A stretch of DNA of 64,000 nucleotides from Angustibacter luteus (lineage in GTDB: Bacteria > Actinomycetota > Actinomycetes > Actinomycetales > Angustibacteraceae). This document shows, piece after piece, positions 29,468-38,750 of the stretch. The notes under the pieces are model-generated. The model was given only the letters and a program-made list of their open reading frames with translations. It had not been told where the DNA came from and searched no databases. The translations under genes were made by a program, and so were the position numbers. The DNA is taken from positions 372,001 through 436,000 of the forward strand of contig NZ_BAABFP010000004.1 in NCBI RefSeq assembly GCF_039541115.1. Reading direction: 5' to 3'. Positions within the stretch are counted from its first letter, which is position 1. Every line of letters begins with the position of its first letter.

Positions 29468-31006
29468 CTAGCAGACCTCGGCGAGGTCCTGGGCGTCCTT
29501 GCTGTCCGTGGAACCGAGACTGGGCGTCGGGGTGCTCGTCTTCGTGCTCGTCTTGGTGGACGTCGGGGTGGACGTCGACGCCGGGGCGCTCGGCTTCTTC
29601 GGGTTCAGCGCGGTCTGCACGTACTCGCGGATCGCCGGGAAGTCCGGGTGCACGGTGCTGATGACCTTGCTCGTCAGCGGCAACGAGTTGATCTCGCCCT
29701 TCTTCATCCGCTGAGCGAGCACCACCCACGCCTGCAGCTGGTCCTGCTTGATGTCGGTCGTCAGGTTGTGCTTGAAGACATCGGCCAGGTCGGCGTACTT
29801 GCCGAGCATGCGCACCGGGTTGACCTGGTCCACGAGGTCGCCGACCAGGCAGCGCTGGCGGCGCATGCGGTCGTAGTCGTCCGTGCTGTGCCGGGACCGG
29901 GCGAACCACATGGCCTTGTACCCGCTGAGGTGCTGCTTGCCGGGCTCGATCCACCCGGTGATCGCTCGCTGGGTGTGGTTGGTGGCGCTCACCTCGCCGC
30001 CGCCGATCGGCAGTCGCTGGTGCACGGTGACGTCGACGCCGCCCATCGCGTTGACGAGGCCCTGGAAACCGGCCATGTCGATGGTCACGTAGTTGTCGAT
30101 CCGCAGGCCGGTGATCTCGCTGATCACGTCGCGGGTCGAGGTCAGCCCGGGGTTGTTGTTGCCCTTGAACAGGTCCTTGTGCTGGACGGCGGCCTGGTTC
30201 CAGACCGCGTTGAGCAGGCACTCGCTGCCGCAGTTGAAGCCGTTGGGCCAGTAGGCGTGCAGCGGGTTGGACTCCGGGAACGGCGCGTTCTGCAGGCTGC
30301 GCGGCAGGCCGACCAGCGTCGCGTCACCGGTCTTGGTGTTGATGCTCACGACCATCATCGAGTCCGTGCGGACGCCGGTGCGGTCGGCCCCGGAGTCGGA
30401 GCCCAGCAGCAGCAGGTTGACCCGCGGGATGTTCTTCCACGGGTCCTTGGCCTTGGACTTCGGCTTGGCGGCCCCCGCGGCGGAGGGGGCCGCACTCGAG
30501 TCGGAGAAGACCGTGGTGACCAGGTCGCGCTGCACCATCGCGAGCTGCGCGCCCTTGGCACTTGGTGCGGCGACGATCATGCACAGCGCGAAGACGAGAA
30601 CGAAGCCGACGATGCCCTGGAACGGCGACGGCCGCTCGGGACGGGCCCGCCACGCGGTCGCCATGATCGTCAGGCACCAGATGGCGCCGATGGCCAGGGC
30701 CAGCCCGGCGAGGGCGAGCAGACGGCCAGGGCTGACGGCCACGGTGAGGACCCGGTTGACCACGCCGCCGGAGACCGCGATCACCGCGAGCGAGGCGAGC
30801 ACCACGGCGGCGAGCAGCAGCAGGAGGAAGCCGACCTTGCGCCGTCCGGTCGCGACCAGCCCGGCGCCAGGCAGCAGGGCCAACGTGGTGATCCCGGCGA
30901 ACCGGCCGAACCCGTCGCCGTAGCTGCTGGCGTGCCGACCACGCTGACGGGCGCTCGCGTGCCGCGTCTTGGCACCGCGGTGCTTCGGGTTCGGCGAGGT
31001 CGGCAT
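29468..31006 (-). CDS. LCP (LytR-CpsA-Psr) cell-wall glycopolymer transferase
   Basis: N-terminal TM segments, NLLLLGSD, RTDSM, PRS, ARSR..DDYDRMRRQ. Confidence 0.92.
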   Translation of the reverse strand: MPTSPNPKHRGAKTRHASARQRGRHASSYGDGFGRFAGITTLALLPGAGLVATGRRKVGFLLLLLAAVVLASLAVIAVSGGVVNRVLTVAVSPGRLLALAGLALAIGAIWCLTIMATAWRARPERPSPFQGIVGFVLVFALCMIVAAPSAKGAQLAMVQRDLVTTVFSDSSAAPSAAGAAKPKSKAKDPWKNIPRVNLLLLGSDSGADRTGVRTDSMMVVSINTKTGDATLVGLPRSLQNAPFPESNPLHAYWPNGFNCGSECLLNAVWNQAAVQHKDLFKGNNNPGLTSTRDVISEITGLRIDNYVTIDMAGFQGLVNAMGGVDVTVHQRLPIGGGEVSATNHTQRAITGWIEPGKQHLSGYKAMWFARSRHSTDDYDRMRRQRCLVGDLVDQVNPVRMLGKYADLADVFKHNLTTDIKQDQLQAWVVLAQRMKKGEINSLPLTSKVISTVHPDFPAIREYVQTALNPKKPSAPASTSTPTSTKTSTKTSTPTPSLGSTDSKDAQDLAEVC

Positions 31007-31254
31007 GGGCGGTTCGTGCTCCTGGCGTGGGACGGTCGGGTGGCGGGCAGGGGTTCACGCCGTCGCCGGCGGGAGCCAGGCGCAAACGTGCTCGTCTATT
31101 TCACCACCTCCGCGCCGCTGGAGCGGGACGCCGAGTCATGACCGTGGCGAGGTCTGGTGGAGAAGTTGTGAAGGCGGGGCATTTTGGAGGTCCGCCGGTC
31201 GCCCCGCTAGGCTGGAGCGGCTCTGGACCCGGTCAGCCGGTGTCCGAGCCTCCT

Positions 31255-31344
31255 GGAGGTGTCGCATAGTGGCCTAGTGCGCCCGCCTGCTAAGCGGGTT
31301 GAGGATAAAACCTCTCGCGGGTTCAAATCCCGCCACCTCCGCCA
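31255..31344 (+). tRNA. tRNA-Ser (anticodon GCT)
   Basis: Acceptor GGAGGTG/CACCTCC, anticodon arm CCCGC-CTGCTAA-GCGGG, long variable arm, GGTTCAAATCC T-loop, encoded CCA. Confidence 0.96.
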
Positions 31345-31345
31345 C

Positions 31346-31386
31346 CGCGAGGCCCCGGACCGATGACGTCGGACCGGGGCCTCGCG
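31346..31386. terminator. GC-rich hairpin after tRNA-Ser
   Basis: CGCGAGGCCCCGG / CCGGGGCCTCGCG 13-bp arms. Confidence 0.7.
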
Positions 31387-31428
31387 CCGGTTGGCGCGAG
31401 GCGGGGCGGTGGCCCAGGTGGCGAGACG

Positions 31429-33369
31429 TCAGCCCTTCGCGAGGTTGGTCAGGAACGTCGCCGCGACCGGACCGGCCACCGTGCCGCCGCTCTTGCCCTC
31501 CTCGACCAGCACGGCGAACGCGATGTCGCCCTGCCAGCCGGTGATCCAGGCCCGCGTCCTCGGCTGCCCGCCACCGCTGGCGCTGCCGAACTCCGCGGTG
31601 CCGGTCTTCGCGTACACCGGGCCGCCCGGCACGGACTTCAGCGCCGTGCCGGTGCCGCTCGTGACGACGTCACGCATCAGCGAGTGCAGGGTGGCGACGG
31701 ATCCGGCGTCCAGCTTGGTGGCGGCCGCCTTGTCCTTGCCGGTCACCACCAGGGTGGGTGGCAGGTAGCTGCCTCGGGCGACCGAGCCGGTCGCGACCGC
31801 GACGGCCAGCGGGGACACCTCGGTGCGCCCCTGCCCGAACGCGGCGGCCGCCTTGTCGACGTCCGAGGTGTTCGTCGGGATGCTGCCGGTGAAGGCGTTC
31901 GTGCCGAGGTCCCACGTCTGGCCGATGCCGAGCGCCTGCCCGGCGGTGGCGAGGTCCCCGTCGTCGAGCTGCTTCGACAGGCCCACGAAGGCCGTGTTGC
32001 AGGACTTGGCGAAGTCCACCCGGAAGTCCACCGTGCCGAACTCCTCCTTCTCGTAGTTCTTGAAGGAGCGCCCTCCGACCGTGGCCGTCTTCGGGCAGGC
32101 CACGGGGTCGGACGGCTTCAACCCGTCGCCCAGCAGCGAGTACGTCGTCACGACCTTGAACGTCGACCCCGGCGCGTACTTGCCGACCAGCGCCCGGTCC
32201 AACCCGCTCGTCGGGCTGTTCGCCACCGCCAGCACCGCGCCGGTCCTGACGTCGACCGCGACCAGCGCGCTCGGCTGCTTCTGCCCGGCCAGCGCCGCGT
32301 CCGCAGCCATCTGCACCGTGGGGTCCAGGGTCAGGGTCAGGGGCTTGCCCGGCTCGGCGTCCTGCTCGAGCAGTGAGCGCGCGCTGCCGTCGGTCCCCAC
32401 CGCCTCGACCGTCGTGCCTGCCGTCCCACCCAGCTGCTCGTCGTACTCGCGCTGCAGGCCCGAGACCCCCGCGACGTCACCGGCGGCGTAGCGGCCCTTG
32501 CCCTGCTGCACGATCTCGGCCGTGACCGGACCGACCGTGCCCAGCAGCGCGCGGGCGAACTCCCGCGACGGCGCCAGCGGCTGCTTGCGCTCGCGGAACA
32601 CCACACCGGGCAGCGGCCGCAGCTTCGAGCGCACAGCGTCGTAGTCGCTGCGCCGCAGCGTGATCACGTCGACGAACGCGTCCTTCTGCGCGGCGCTGAT
32701 GCGCTTGGCCAGCGCCCCGCCGTCCACGTCGACGATGCCGGCCACCTTGGCGGCCAGCGCGGGCACGCTGCCCGTGACCCGACTGGGCTGCACCCCGACG
32801 TCGACCACATCGCCCATGGCGACGATCTTCGCGCCGCTGGTGCTCGTGATCTCGGCCCGCTCCGGCTGCGTGCGGCTCACCTTCAGGGTCTCGCCGGTGG
32901 CGAGGTCCGGGTGCACCAGGCGGGAGTCAGCCGCGAGCTGCCAGCTCGAGCCCTTGCTCATGGCGACCGGCAGGTCGTACTGCCAGGTCACGCCGCCGGG
33001 CAGCGTCCGGGTCACGGCGAGCGTCGCGCTGGCGGTGTCGCCGGTGCGCTGCTCGCTCTTGACGGTCACGGTCGCCTTGCTGGTGCCCAGCCCCTTGAGG
33101 GCGGCGGCGGTGTCCTTCTGCAGGGCGGCGGCGCCGGAGCCGGCGACCGGCAGGCCGGACACGTCACCGGCTGCGACGGCGGAGGCCACCCGGGTGGCCA
33201 GCGCGCGGGCGGCGTCGTCGTCCACCTGCTGCTGGTGCTGGCGGAACAGGTAGCCACCCCCGCCGACGACCACGAGCAGGACCACCACGGCGGCCGCCAC
33301 CCACGGCCATCGGCGCCTACCGGGCCGTGCGGTATCGAGGTCAGGGGACGGGAGTGACATGGGGGACAT
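31429..33369 (-). CDS. Class B-type penicillin-binding protein (NTF2-like N-domain plus transpeptidase)
   Basis: N-terminal TM anchor; STFK (SxxK), SCN (SxN), KTG; start at 33360 or 33369. Confidence 0.9.
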   Translation of the reverse strand: MSPMSLPSPDLDTARPGRRRWPWVAAAVVVLLVVVGGGGYLFRQHQQQVDDDAARALATRVASAVAAGDVSGLPVAGSGAAALQKDTAAALKGLGTSKATVTVKSEQRTGDTASATLAVTRTLPGGVTWQYDLPVAMSKGSSWQLAADSRLVHPDLATGETLKVSRTQPERAEITSTSGAKIVAMGDVVDVGVQPSRVTGSVPALAAKVAGIVDVDGGALAKRISAAQKDAFVDVITLRRSDYDAVRSKLRPLPGVVFRERKQPLAPSREFARALLGTVGPVTAEIVQQGKGRYAAGDVAGVSGLQREYDEQLGGTAGTTVEAVGTDGSARSLLEQDAEPGKPLTLTLDPTVQMAADAALAGQKQPSALVAVDVRTGAVLAVANSPTSGLDRALVGKYAPGSTFKVVTTYSLLGDGLKPSDPVACPKTATVGGRSFKNYEKEEFGTVDFRVDFAKSCNTAFVGLSKQLDDGDLATAGQALGIGQTWDLGTNAFTGSIPTNTSDVDKAAAAFGQGRTEVSPLAVAVATGSVARGSYLPPTLVVTGKDKAAATKLDAGSVATLHSLMRDVVTSGTGTALKSVPGGPVYAKTGTAEFGSASGGGQPRTRAWITGWQGDIAFAVLVEEGKSGGTVAGPVAATFLTNLAKG

Positions 33370-33409
33370 TGAACATCACCGGACCGACAGGTCGTGGAAA
33401 GGTGGGTGG

Positions 33410-34930
33410 ATGCCTTCGCCCTGGTGGACGGAATGCCTGCTCTACGAGGTGTACGTCCGGTCGTTCGCCGACGCGAACGGCGACGGGGTCGGCGACCTGG
33501 CGGGCGTCGCCGCGCACCTGGACCACCTCGTCGACCTCGGCGTGGACGCGCTCTGGCTGACGCCGTTCTACCGGTCCCCGCAGGCCGACCACGGCTACGA
33601 CGTGAGCGACCACCGCGCGGTCGACCCGCTGTTCGGCGACCTGGCCGCCTTCGACGAGCTCGTCGCGCGAGCGCACGCTCGCGGTCTGCGGGTCGTCGTG
33701 GACGTCGTCCCCAACCACGTCTCGGTCGAGCACCCCTGGTTCGTCGAGGCGGTGGCGTCGCCCCCGGGGTCACCGGCACGCCGCCGCTTCCACGTACGGC
33801 CGGGACGGGACGACGGCGCCGCGCCACCGAACGACTGGCAGTCCATCTTCGGTGGGCCGGCGTGGACCCGACTGCCGGACGGCGAGTGGTACCTGCACCT
33901 GTTCGACCCGGCCCAGCCGGACGTCAACTGGGCCCACCCGGACGTCACTGCGGAGTACGAGTCGATCGTGCGCTTCTGGCTGGACCGCGGGGCGGACGGT
34001 CTGCGGGTGGACGCCGCCGGGGCGCTGTCGAAGCACCCGGACTACCCGGACACCATCGAGGGTGAGCCGAGCCCCTTCTCGGACCGCGCGGAGACGCTCG
34101 AGATCTACCGGGGCTGGCGTCGTGTGCTCGACGAGTACCAGCCACCGCGCCTGCTGCTCGCCGAGGCCTGGGGGACACCGCAGGTCGTGAGCCGTTACGC
34201 CGCCCCGGGTCTGATGGACGCGACGTTCACCTTCGAGGTGCTCTACACCCCCTTCGAGGCGTCCGCCCTGCGCTCACTGGTCGACGCCTACCTGCGGGGT
34301 GCCAGTGACGGCGAGCACCTGCCGTCCTGGGTGGTCGGCAGCCACGACAGCACCCGCGCCGCCACGCGCTGGCCGGACGGCGCGGACGCGGCCATGCTGC
34401 TGCTCGCTCTCGCCCTCCCCGGCGGGTTCTGCCTCTACGCCGGGGACGAGCTCGGCCTGCCGGAGGTCGACCTGCCGGTCGAGGCGCGCCAGGATCCCAC
34501 GGTGCGACGCAGCGGCGGCCAGGACCTCGGTCGGGACGGCGCGCGCGTTCCGTTGCCCTGGAGCGGATCCGGGCGGACGTTCGGGTTCAGTCCGGACGAC
34601 GCGATGACCCCGCCCTGGCTGCCCCAGCCAGGGAGCTGGGGCAGCCGGTCGGTGCAGGTGCAGCGCGCTGACGGCGGGTCGCGGCTGAACCTGGTGCGGG
34701 CGGCGATCTCGTTGCGCCGCAGTCTCTGGCGCGGCGCGGGATCGCTCACCTGGGTACCGGAGCGGTCGGGTCGGGACGACGTCCTGCAGCTGAGTCGAGG
34801 CGAGGTGCACTGCGCCCTCACGACGGGTGAGCGCGGGTGGCCCCTGCCGCCGGGGAGTGAGGTCCTGCTGACCTCACGCCCCTTCGGTGACGGTGTCCTT
34901 CCGCCGCGGTCCGCCGTCTGGTTCCGCTGA
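33410..34930 (+). CDS. GH13 alpha-glucosidase/oligo-1,6-glucosidase-like
   Basis: YVRSFADANGDG, DHGYD, VPNH, catalytic GLRVDA, EAW, SHD; ATG at 33410. Confidence 0.9.
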   Translation: MPSPWWTECLLYEVYVRSFADANGDGVGDLAGVAAHLDHLVDLGVDALWLTPFYRSPQADHGYDVSDHRAVDPLFGDLAAFDELVARAHARGLRVVVDVVPNHVSVEHPWFVEAVASPPGSPARRRFHVRPGRDDGAAPPNDWQSIFGGPAWTRLPDGEWYLHLFDPAQPDVNWAHPDVTAEYESIVRFWLDRGADGLRVDAAGALSKHPDYPDTIEGEPSPFSDRAETLEIYRGWRRVLDEYQPPRLLLAEAWGTPQVVSRYAAPGLMDATFTFEVLYTPFEASALRSLVDAYLRGASDGEHLPSWVVGSHDSTRAATRWPDGADAAMLLLALALPGGFCLYAGDELGLPEVDLPVEARQDPTVRRSGGQDLGRDGARVPLPWSGSGRTFGFSPDDAMTPPWLPQPGSWGSRSVQVQRADGGSRLNLVRAAISLRRSLWRGAGSLTWVPERSGRDDVLQLSRGEVHCALTTGERGWPLPPGSEVLLTSRPFGDGVLPPRSAVWFR

Positions 34931-36790
34931 GCCGGACCCGTTGGCGGAGTGGTCCGGCAGGTCCTTGAAGGGGTTGGGGATCGCTTCGAGCAACTGCCTG
35001 GTGTAGTCGTCACGAGCCTCCCGGATGACGGTCAGCGCCGGACCCTGCTCGACCAGGTGCCCCTCGTGCAGCACCAGCACCTCGTCGGCCAGCATCCGCG
35101 CGCTCAGCAGGTCGTGCGTGATGTACAGGACGGCAAGGTCCCGGTCGCGCACCAGTGAGTCGAGCAGCTCGAGGACCTCGGCGCGGATCGACACGTCGAG
35201 CATCGAGATCGGCTCGTCGGCGACGATGATCTGCGGGTTCGGCGCGAGGGCCCGGGCCACGACGACGCGCTGGCGCTGCCCACCGGAGAGCTGGTGCGGC
35301 AGCTTCGCCGCGTACTCCTCGGCCGGCGTCAGCCCGACGGTCTCGAGCAGGTTCAGCACCTCGGTGCGCAGCTCCTGGCCGGACAGGCCGCGATAGTTGC
35401 GCAGCGGCCGGCTGAGCGCGTATCCCAACGTGCGGTTGGGGTTCAGCGCCGAGAACGGGTCCTGGAAGACCATCTGCACGTGCCGGCGGTAGGCGGTCGC
35501 GGCTCGACGTCCGAGCTTGTCGATCCGCTGCTCACCGAAGGTGACCGCCCCCGAGTCCGGTCGCTCGACCGCGGTGATCATCCGCGCCAACGTCGTCTTG
35601 CCGCTGCCGCTCTGCCCGACCAGGGCCGTGACCCGCCCGCGCCGCAACGAGAACGACACGTGGTCGACGGCCTGGACCGGCGTCCCGCCGCGGCGGGCGC
35701 TGTAGGTCTTGCAGACGTCGTCGACGGTGAGGACGACGTCCTCGTCGATCTCGTCCACCAGGTCGGCGGCGGACTTCACGAACACCGGACCGGTGAAGCC
35801 GCGCACCGGCTCCTCGGTCGCGGACGGCGACCGCTGGGCCTGGGCGACGTGGCAGGCCACCTCGCCGCCGGCCAGCGGTAGCAGCTCGGGGTCCTGCTCG
35901 TGGCAGAGCGCTATCGCCTCCGGGCACCGCGGCGCGAACGGGCACGCGGTCGGCGGCCTGGTCAGGCTCGGCGGGCGGCCCGGGATGTAGGTGATGCGCA
36001 CCGTCTCGGCCCGCGGGTCAGCGTAGGACCCCAGCATTCCCTTGGAGTACGGGTGCATCGGGTCACGGAGCATCGAGCCGGCGGGCTGCTGCTCCACGAG
36101 CTGCCCGGCGTACATGACCATGACGCGGTCGGCCGCTTCGAGGACGGTGCCGATGTCGTGGCTGATGAAGAGGACGGCGAAGCCGCGCTCGGCCTGCAGG
36201 CGGCGCAGGTTGTCCAGGATCGAGCGCTGCACGATCACGTCGAGCCCGGTGGTGGGCTCGTCCAGGATGACCAACTTCGGGTCCAGGCACAGCGCCAGCG
36301 CGATCGCGACCCGCTGCTTCATCCCGCCCGAGAGCTCGTGCGGGTAGAAGCGCAGGAACCGGCGCTCGATCGAGACGAGCTCGAGCAGTTCGGCGGCGCG
36401 CTCCGTGACGGCGTCGCCGCGCAGGTCGGTGTGCATCTCGATGACGTCGCGGAACTGCGCCTCGATCTTCATCACCGGGTTGAGCGAGTTCATGCTGCTC
36501 TGGAAGACGGTCGACATCTGCTGCCAGCGCAGCGGCTGCAGCGCCACGTCGTCGGCCTCGGTGATGTCGGTGCCGTCGAACACGATCGACCCGGAGGTGA
36601 TCGCGCCCGGCCGCTCCGTGAGCCGCAGGATGGCGGTCCCGAGCGTGGACTTGCCGCTGCCGGACTCACCGAGCAGGCCGATGAACTCGCCCTCGTCGAT
36701 GCTGAACGAGACGTCCCGCACCGCGTGCACGACGGCGACGTCGCGTGGTGCGTAGTCCACGCTCAGGTTGGTGACCTCGAGCAGTGCCAC
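34874..36790 (-). CDS. Fused dual-ATPase subunit (OppD/OppF-like) of an ABC transporter
   Basis: Two Walker A motifs (GESGSGKS, GQSGSGKT), two LSGG signatures, CPFAPRC; GTG at 36790. Confidence 0.92.
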   Translation of the reverse strand: MALLEVTNLSVDYAPRDVAVVHAVRDVSFSIDEGEFIGLLGESGSGKSTLGTAILRLTERPGAITSGSIVFDGTDITEADDVALQPLRWQQMSTVFQSSMNSLNPVMKIEAQFRDVIEMHTDLRGDAVTERAAELLELVSIERRFLRFYPHELSGGMKQRVAIALALCLDPKLVILDEPTTGLDVIVQRSILDNLRRLQAERGFAVLFISHDIGTVLEAADRVMVMYAGQLVEQQPAGSMLRDPMHPYSKGMLGSYADPRAETVRITYIPGRPPSLTRPPTACPFAPRCPEAIALCHEQDPELLPLAGGEVACHVAQAQRSPSATEEPVRGFTGPVFVKSAADLVDEIDEDVVLTVDDVCKTYSARRGGTPVQAVDHVSFSLRRGRVTALVGQSGSGKTTLARMITAVERPDSGAVTFGEQRIDKLGRRAATAYRRHVQMVFQDPFSALNPNRTLGYALSRPLRNYRGLSGQELRTEVLNLLETVGLTPAEEYAAKLPHQLSGGQRQRVVVARALAPNPQIIVADEPISMLDVSIRAEVLELLDSLVRDRDLAVLYITHDLLSARMLADEVLVLHEGHLVEQGPALTVIREARDDYTRQLLEAIPNPFKDLPDHSANGSGSAEPDGGPRRKDTVTEGA

Positions 36791-36794
36791 GGCC

Positions 36795-37751
36795 TTACCC
36801 CTCTCGCAGGTGCGGGTTGCTGAGTGCGTCCACACCGAAGTTGATGAGTGTCAGGGACGTGATGAGCAGGGCGAGGCAGATGCCGGGGGTGAACAGCCAG
36901 ATCCACTGCCCGGTCAGCATCGCGGACCCGTTCTCGGCGAAGTAGAGCATCGTGCCCCAGCTCACCGTGCTCGGGTCGCCCAGGCCCAGGAAGGCCAGAC
37001 CGGCCTCGGCGCCCACCGCTGCCGTGGCCGCGCCCATGAAGCCGGCGACGACCAGCGAGGTCATGTTGGGCATGATCTCGCGGAAGATGATCCGCATCGT
37101 GCCGTCGCCGGCGAACTTGGCGGCGGTGACGTAGTCCCGGGTGCGAAGCGTGATGATCTGCGAGCGCTTGACCCGCGCGCCCCACGCCCAGCCGGTGATG
37201 GCGATGATGAACACGATCAGACCGATGCCGCGCACCGGCGAGTACGCCGCGAGCACGATCATCAACGGCAGCACCGGGATCACCAGGGCGAGGTTGATGA
37301 AGAAGGACAGGCCCTCGTCGACCCAGCCCTGCAGGTAGCCCGCGGTCATCCCGACGATCAGGGCGATGAGGGTGGCGAGCAGGCCACCGAGCAGCCCGAC
37401 GATCATCGACGTCCTGGCGCCGTAGACCAGCTGGGAGAAGATGTCCTGGCCCTGGGACGTCGTCCCGAGCCAGTGCGCGGCGCTGACGGGCAGCGACGGG
37501 TCGAACTCCTGGCTCTTCGGGTCGTACGGCGCGATCCAGGGCGCGAAGACGGCCACGAAGGTGAACACGCCGAGCATGATGATGCCCGCCCGCGTCTTGC
37601 CGTTGACCCACAGGATCTGGAACCACAGGGGTCCGCGTCGCTTCTTCAGCCTCGGCGTCGCCTCGTCGTCGCCGGAAACGGGCCGGACGGCGCCGGCGAC
37701 GGCTCCGGGCTGGGCGGCGGCCGAGGCGGCTGCCGGTTGCTGGGTGGCCAT
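36795..37751 (-). CDS. ABC permease (OppC-like)
   Basis: HWLGTTSQGQDIFSQLVYGARTS, EAA-like loop; ATG at 37751. Confidence 0.9.
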   Translation of the reverse strand: MATQQPAAASAAAQPGAVAGAVRPVSGDDEATPRLKKRRGPLWFQILWVNGKTRAGIIMLGVFTFVAVFAPWIAPYDPKSQEFDPSLPVSAAHWLGTTSQGQDIFSQLVYGARTSMIVGLLGGLLATLIALIVGMTAGYLQGWVDEGLSFFINLALVIPVLPLMIVLAAYSPVRGIGLIVFIIAITGWAWGARVKRSQIITLRTRDYVTAAKFAGDGTMRIIFREIMPNMTSLVVAGFMGAATAAVGAEAGLAFLGLGDPSTVSWGTMLYFAENGSAMLTGQWIWLFTPGICLALLITSLTLINFGVDALSNPHLREG

Positions 37752-38743
37752 CAGGCGGCTCCTCGTCGGACGCGCGGGTCCAGGACCCCGTAGAACATGT
37801 CGGCCAGCAGGTTCGCCAGCAGCACGCCCACGGTGGTCAGCAGGAACAGCGCCTGGATCAGCGGGTAGTCGCGGTTGCCGAGCGCGTCGAACATCAGCTT
37901 GCCCATGCCCGGGTAGCCGAAGATCTGCTCGATCAGCACCATGCCGCCGAGGATGCTGCCCAGCGCGATGGCGAACCCGGTGATGCTCGGCAGGATCGCG
38001 TTGCGGGCGCCGTAGCGCAGGGCGATGGTGCGCTGGCGCAGGCCCTTGGCGCGCGCCAGCCGGATGTAGTCCTCGCCGAGGACCGTGACCATGGTGTTGC
38101 GCATGCCCATGATCCAGCCGATCGGCGCGGTGACCAGGATCGCCATCGCGGGCAGGATGCTGTGGTAGCCCGCCGAGTACAGGAAGCCCCAGTTCAGGCC
38201 GGGCGTGAAGCCCTGCCCGTACCCGCCGCTGTCCGGCAGCCAGCCGAGCACGAAGGCGAAGACGTACAGCAGCAGCAGCGCGACCCAGAAGAACGGCAGC
38301 GTGCCGATGAACGTCGAGGTCAGCGTGACGGTGGAGTCGAACTTGCCGTTGCGCTTCCACGCCGCCCAGGAGCCGACGATCGTGCCGAACGTGAACGCGA
38401 TGATCTGGGTGACCCCGACCAGCACGATGGTCCACATGAACTTCTGCGCGATCAGGTGGCTGACGCTGTAGGGAAAGCTGCCGTAGGAGATGCCCAGGTC
38501 ACCGTGCGCCAGCCGCCCGAGGTAGTCCCAGTACTGCGAGATGAGACTGCCGTGCGGCAGGCCCAGGTAGAGCTGGATGGCGTGCAGCTGGGCAGGGTCG
38601 GGCGCCTTGTTCTGCCCAGCCAGCTTCTGCACGATCGCCTCCGCCGGATCCCCCGGCTGGAGCCGGGGGATCAGGAAGTTGAGGGTGATCGCAGCCCACA
38701 GGGTGAGGAAGAAGAACGCGATCCTTCGGGAGAAGTAGGCCAT
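37751..38743 (-). CDS. ABC permease (OppB-like)
   Basis: PGDPA, GDLGIS, DYIRLARAKGL, RDYPLIQ. Confidence 0.92.
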   Translation of the reverse strand: MAYFSRRIAFFFLTLWAAITLNFLIPRLQPGDPAEAIVQKLAGQNKAPDPAQLHAIQLYLGLPHGSLISQYWDYLGRLAHGDLGISYGSFPYSVSHLIAQKFMWTIVLVGVTQIIAFTFGTIVGSWAAWKRNGKFDSTVTLTSTFIGTLPFFWVALLLLYVFAFVLGWLPDSGGYGQGFTPGLNWGFLYSAGYHSILPAMAILVTAPIGWIMGMRNTMVTVLGEDYIRLARAKGLRQRTIALRYGARNAILPSITGFAIALGSILGGMVLIEQIFGYPGMGKLMFDALGNRDYPLIQALFLLTTVGVLLANLLADMFYGVLDPRVRRGAA

Positions 38744-38750
38744 GGCTCGC

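Noticed and set aside
29520..29580. 12-bp tandem-like repeats in LCP (also 7740-7800 in the peptidase)
   Set aside because: They encode Thr/Ser/Lys/Pro low-complexity linkers
31255..31428. Island integrated at tRNA-Ser
   Set aside because: Followed directly by a hairpin and a backbone-like PBP gene; no integrase or composition shift
31429..33369. mecA-type resistance determinant
   Set aside because: This PBP architecture is common in actinobacteria; backbone-like composition and no mobile context
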